Below are positions 61,626 through 64,000 of a stretch of DNA of 64,000 nt, one piece after another. The stretch is from Vitrella brassicaformis CCMP3155. Taxonomy: Eukaryota > Protista > Chromerida. Location of the stretch: positions 124,001-188,000 of the forward strand of contig CDMY01000656.1 of assembly GCA_001179505.1 (NCBI GenBank), in the 5' to 3' direction. The notes beneath the pieces are model-generated. The model was not told where the DNA came from, made no database searches, and saw only the letters and a list, made by a program, of their open reading frames with translations. The position numbers were made by a program, and so were the translations under genes. How positions within the stretch are numbered: the stretch's first letter is position 1; each line of letters opens with the position of its first letter.

Positions 61626-62284
61626 GCCACACAGCAGACTACGCGCAGAGTGCGGAAGTGATATTCAACTGACACAATGGATGTAGATTGAAGGTGTTGC
61701 CTGCCTTACTCTTACCTTCGTCAATCGTCGCCAACCGTCGGCCACCCACTGAAGCAACACCGCCACCTGTAGGAAGAAAGTTTGCCGACCAGTCAGTCAA
61801 GGGGAAGAAAGTTTGCCGACCAGTCAGTCAAGGTCTTTCCCCCCTCCCCCTGCCTGCTTGCTCGCCTACCTGGCAATGTTGCGTCGACATGTGACGTTCC
61901 CAGGAAAGGAAAAACCTCGGATATCGGACGCGTAAGACACTGAAACGCCACGCTCACATATCGCATGAGTATCCTCTGCCTACCAGGCGTCCACCCTCCC
62001 TCGTCCTCGCCCAGCAGCGCCGCAAACGGGTCTACATACAAACAAATACACAGACGCACACATTCCTGCGCCGGTTTGCCATCCCCTGTCCTGTTCCATC
62101 CGTACCGTCCTCGTAGCTGGCGTATGGGACGTGCTCGCCCTCCCGGCTGACCCTGTAGATCAGCCGGTCGTCCTCGTACAAATATCGGCCGACCTGCCGA
62201 TATACGGGCTGCCCCTGCGGAACAGGGGCAGCCGCAGCCGCAGCCGCAGCGAAGGCGGCAGACGCTGGCTCGCCCCGCTGGCTC
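59400..62284 (-). CDS. Low-complexity hypothetical protein with Cys-rich segment (EDDCCWLCSCCRWLAACLC); longer paralog of 17680..18992
   Basis: MSQRGEPASAAF...YRQVGRYLYEDDRLIYRVSREGEHVPYASYEDG|DPFAALLGEDEGGWTPG|RRTPLTPVTPPESRPRLARSPADL|RLAREEARQRERQLQ|..., plus extra exons at 59.9-61.0 kb. Confidence 0.6.
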
Positions 62285-62716
62285 ATCTACACCCAGGAAC
62301 ACACACACATCCACAGATACACATTGATACCGACGGAGAGGACCTGCAGGTGTGACATCTGACGGCCGTTTTCCCCTCCCTGCTATCCTGCCTCCTTCCT
62401 TCTCGAGGCCCCCTGGTCTGCCCTGCCGTTCGTGTGCATCTGAATGAGGGCGCGGAGTGGACAGGAAGCGACGCGTCGTAGCCTACCGTGTGACGCTGTG
62501 CTGTTGCGGTTCTCGTCCTTCGTCAATTCTCTTGAAACTCAGAAGGAAGGGGCGTGGAAGAAGGATTGTGTGAGCCGCTTGTGTTTCGGTCGTCACAATT
62601 TCGAAATCGGAAAATTCCGTCTCTGTCTCTCGGCCCCAAGCTCGCATCTCGCCGGGCCCCATTTTAAGGCCAGAATTCAGGGCAGAGAATCCCCGTATGA
62701 GCGGAATGTCGGCCGT

Positions 62717-64000
62717 ATGAGCGTGCCGAGCGACGGGAACACGGCCGCCTGCGATGGAAGAGGGCCAGGTGAGGGCTCGGAGGAGGCGAGAGGCAAGCAA
62801 GTGGAGATCTTGACGAGGCAAGTCGAGGAGCTGCAGAGGAAGCTGAAAGGGGACACACTGGCGGACGAAAACGACGTACGTCGGGCACAAAACAACAAGA
62901 AGAAGAAATCGCGGAACTTACAGCTTCTCTTCTACATGTATCTGTGTGTGTTTTCTCTATCTCTCAGGCGTTACGTTGCCAGATCTTGCAGATCCAGGAG
63001 GACTGGCACGCTGCCCAGGACACCTTCATCACGCTGCAGTCGGTAAGCGCACCGCCCACGCAGCCACAACGAACGCACCCAGTTGACATACTATCTGGAT
63101 CCCCTCTCTCCATCTCACAACGTGCAGAGCCTTCACAAACAGATTGCCCAGCTGACGCACGAGTGGGCCTGCCATCGCCAGCACAGGCCGACAGAAGACC
63201 AACTGTACTCTGTGTCTGTGTCTGTGTCTGTGTGTGTGTGGTCAGGTTGTCGCGTGAGCGTGATGAGAAGGAGCAGGCCGAGTGCAGGGTGCTCTTCTTG
63301 GAGGACCGTGTGAAATTCGCTGAGGACCAGCTGCGTGTCATCGTCGAGCGACTGCGGTGTAAGTATGCCACGTGTGTGCATGTCCGCCCGCCCGTCCACA
63401 CCACACAACTGCTTGCCTTGCCTTCCTCCTTATTCTCTCCTCTCCCCCGTCAGGCGACTTGGCAACGCGTGACGCGACGATTCAGTGTCTGGAGCTGCGG
63501 CTGGGCACCGGCAGCCACATCCCAGGCCCTCCGCCGTTCAACGCGGCGGCATCTGCGTCCTTCCCGCCATCGTTCCCGCCGCCACCAGCACCACCTAATG
63601 TGCACGAGCCGCCAGGCATCTCACCAGCACACGCACTGGATGTGCTTGTGTGTGTGTGTGTGTGTGCAGAGCCAGAGTGACAAGACGAGCAGTAGCGGGA
63701 ACTCGCCAATGAGCGACTCGGCCGACAAGGGGGCGGAGGGGGAGGCAGGCAGCAAGGAGAGAGAGGGCAGCAGCGGCAAAGAGGATGGCGGCCATGCCGA
63801 AGGCGAGAAGTTGACGGACTACCAAAAACTCCAGAGTATGATCAGTGGGGCACGTGATTGATGGATGGATTGATATTTGCTTGGTTGGTGCGGTTCATTG
63901 TCAGAGATACTCTTTGTGCGTGAGGAGCAGCTGGGCCGCCTGGCCACACAGCTCAACGCCACCAACCTGCAGCTAGATAAGGTCAGTGCAGTGAGCCACA
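62717..64000 (+). CDS. Hypothetical coiled-coil protein, 3' end beyond the window
   Basis: MSVPSDG...VEILTRQVEELQRKLK|ALRCQILQIQEDWHAAQD|LSRERDEKEQAECRVLFLEDRVKFAEDQLRVIVERL|...REEQLGRLATQLNATNLQLDK. Confidence 0.65.

Larger units (their letters stand above)
1..64000. repeat. Dense intronic and intergenic microsatellites: (CA)n/(TG)n, (GA)n/(TC)n, (GGAT)n/(ATCC)n, (GACA)n
   Basis: Examples at 1750-1790, 3460-3490, 3544-3572, 6706-6768, 16425-16455, 22890-22955, 38170-38200 and 46790-46823. Confidence 0.95.

Overview
Intron-rich, GC-rich eukaryotic nuclear DNA. Short GT-AG introns packed with (CA)n/(TG)n/(GA)n/(GGAT)n microsatellites, two 300-N gaps and alveolate-type gene content fit the chromerid Vitrella brassicaformis best (inference). 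About 17 spliced genes or gene fragments can be reconstructed, many as head-to-head pairs. Recognisable genes: MLH1 (partial), a secreted CueO-like multicopper oxidase with a very long His/Met/Gly insert, an ERdj3/DNAJB11-type Hsp40, a GDP-fucose-transporter-like SLC35 protein, a TLC-domain protein and BBS2. Most unusual: (1) a gene encoding a myristoylation-like N-terminus, RING finger, Zn finger and two tandem permuted-papain-like (PPPDE/LRAT-type) domains, one with His/Cys intact and one degenerate; (2) a 12-kb polycystin-1-like receptor gene (NHL, WSC, CWC modules, Myxococcus Cys repeat, REJ, atypical GPS, about 5 TM); (3) a secreted His-rich protein with a duplicated unknown Cys domain; (4) patchworks of duplicated gene fragments at 17.7-20.6 kb and 48.9-62.3 kb. 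Exon boundaries were inferred by eye from GT/AG sites and frame continuity, so gene ends are approximate. No tRNA, rRNA, CRISPR array or transposase was found.
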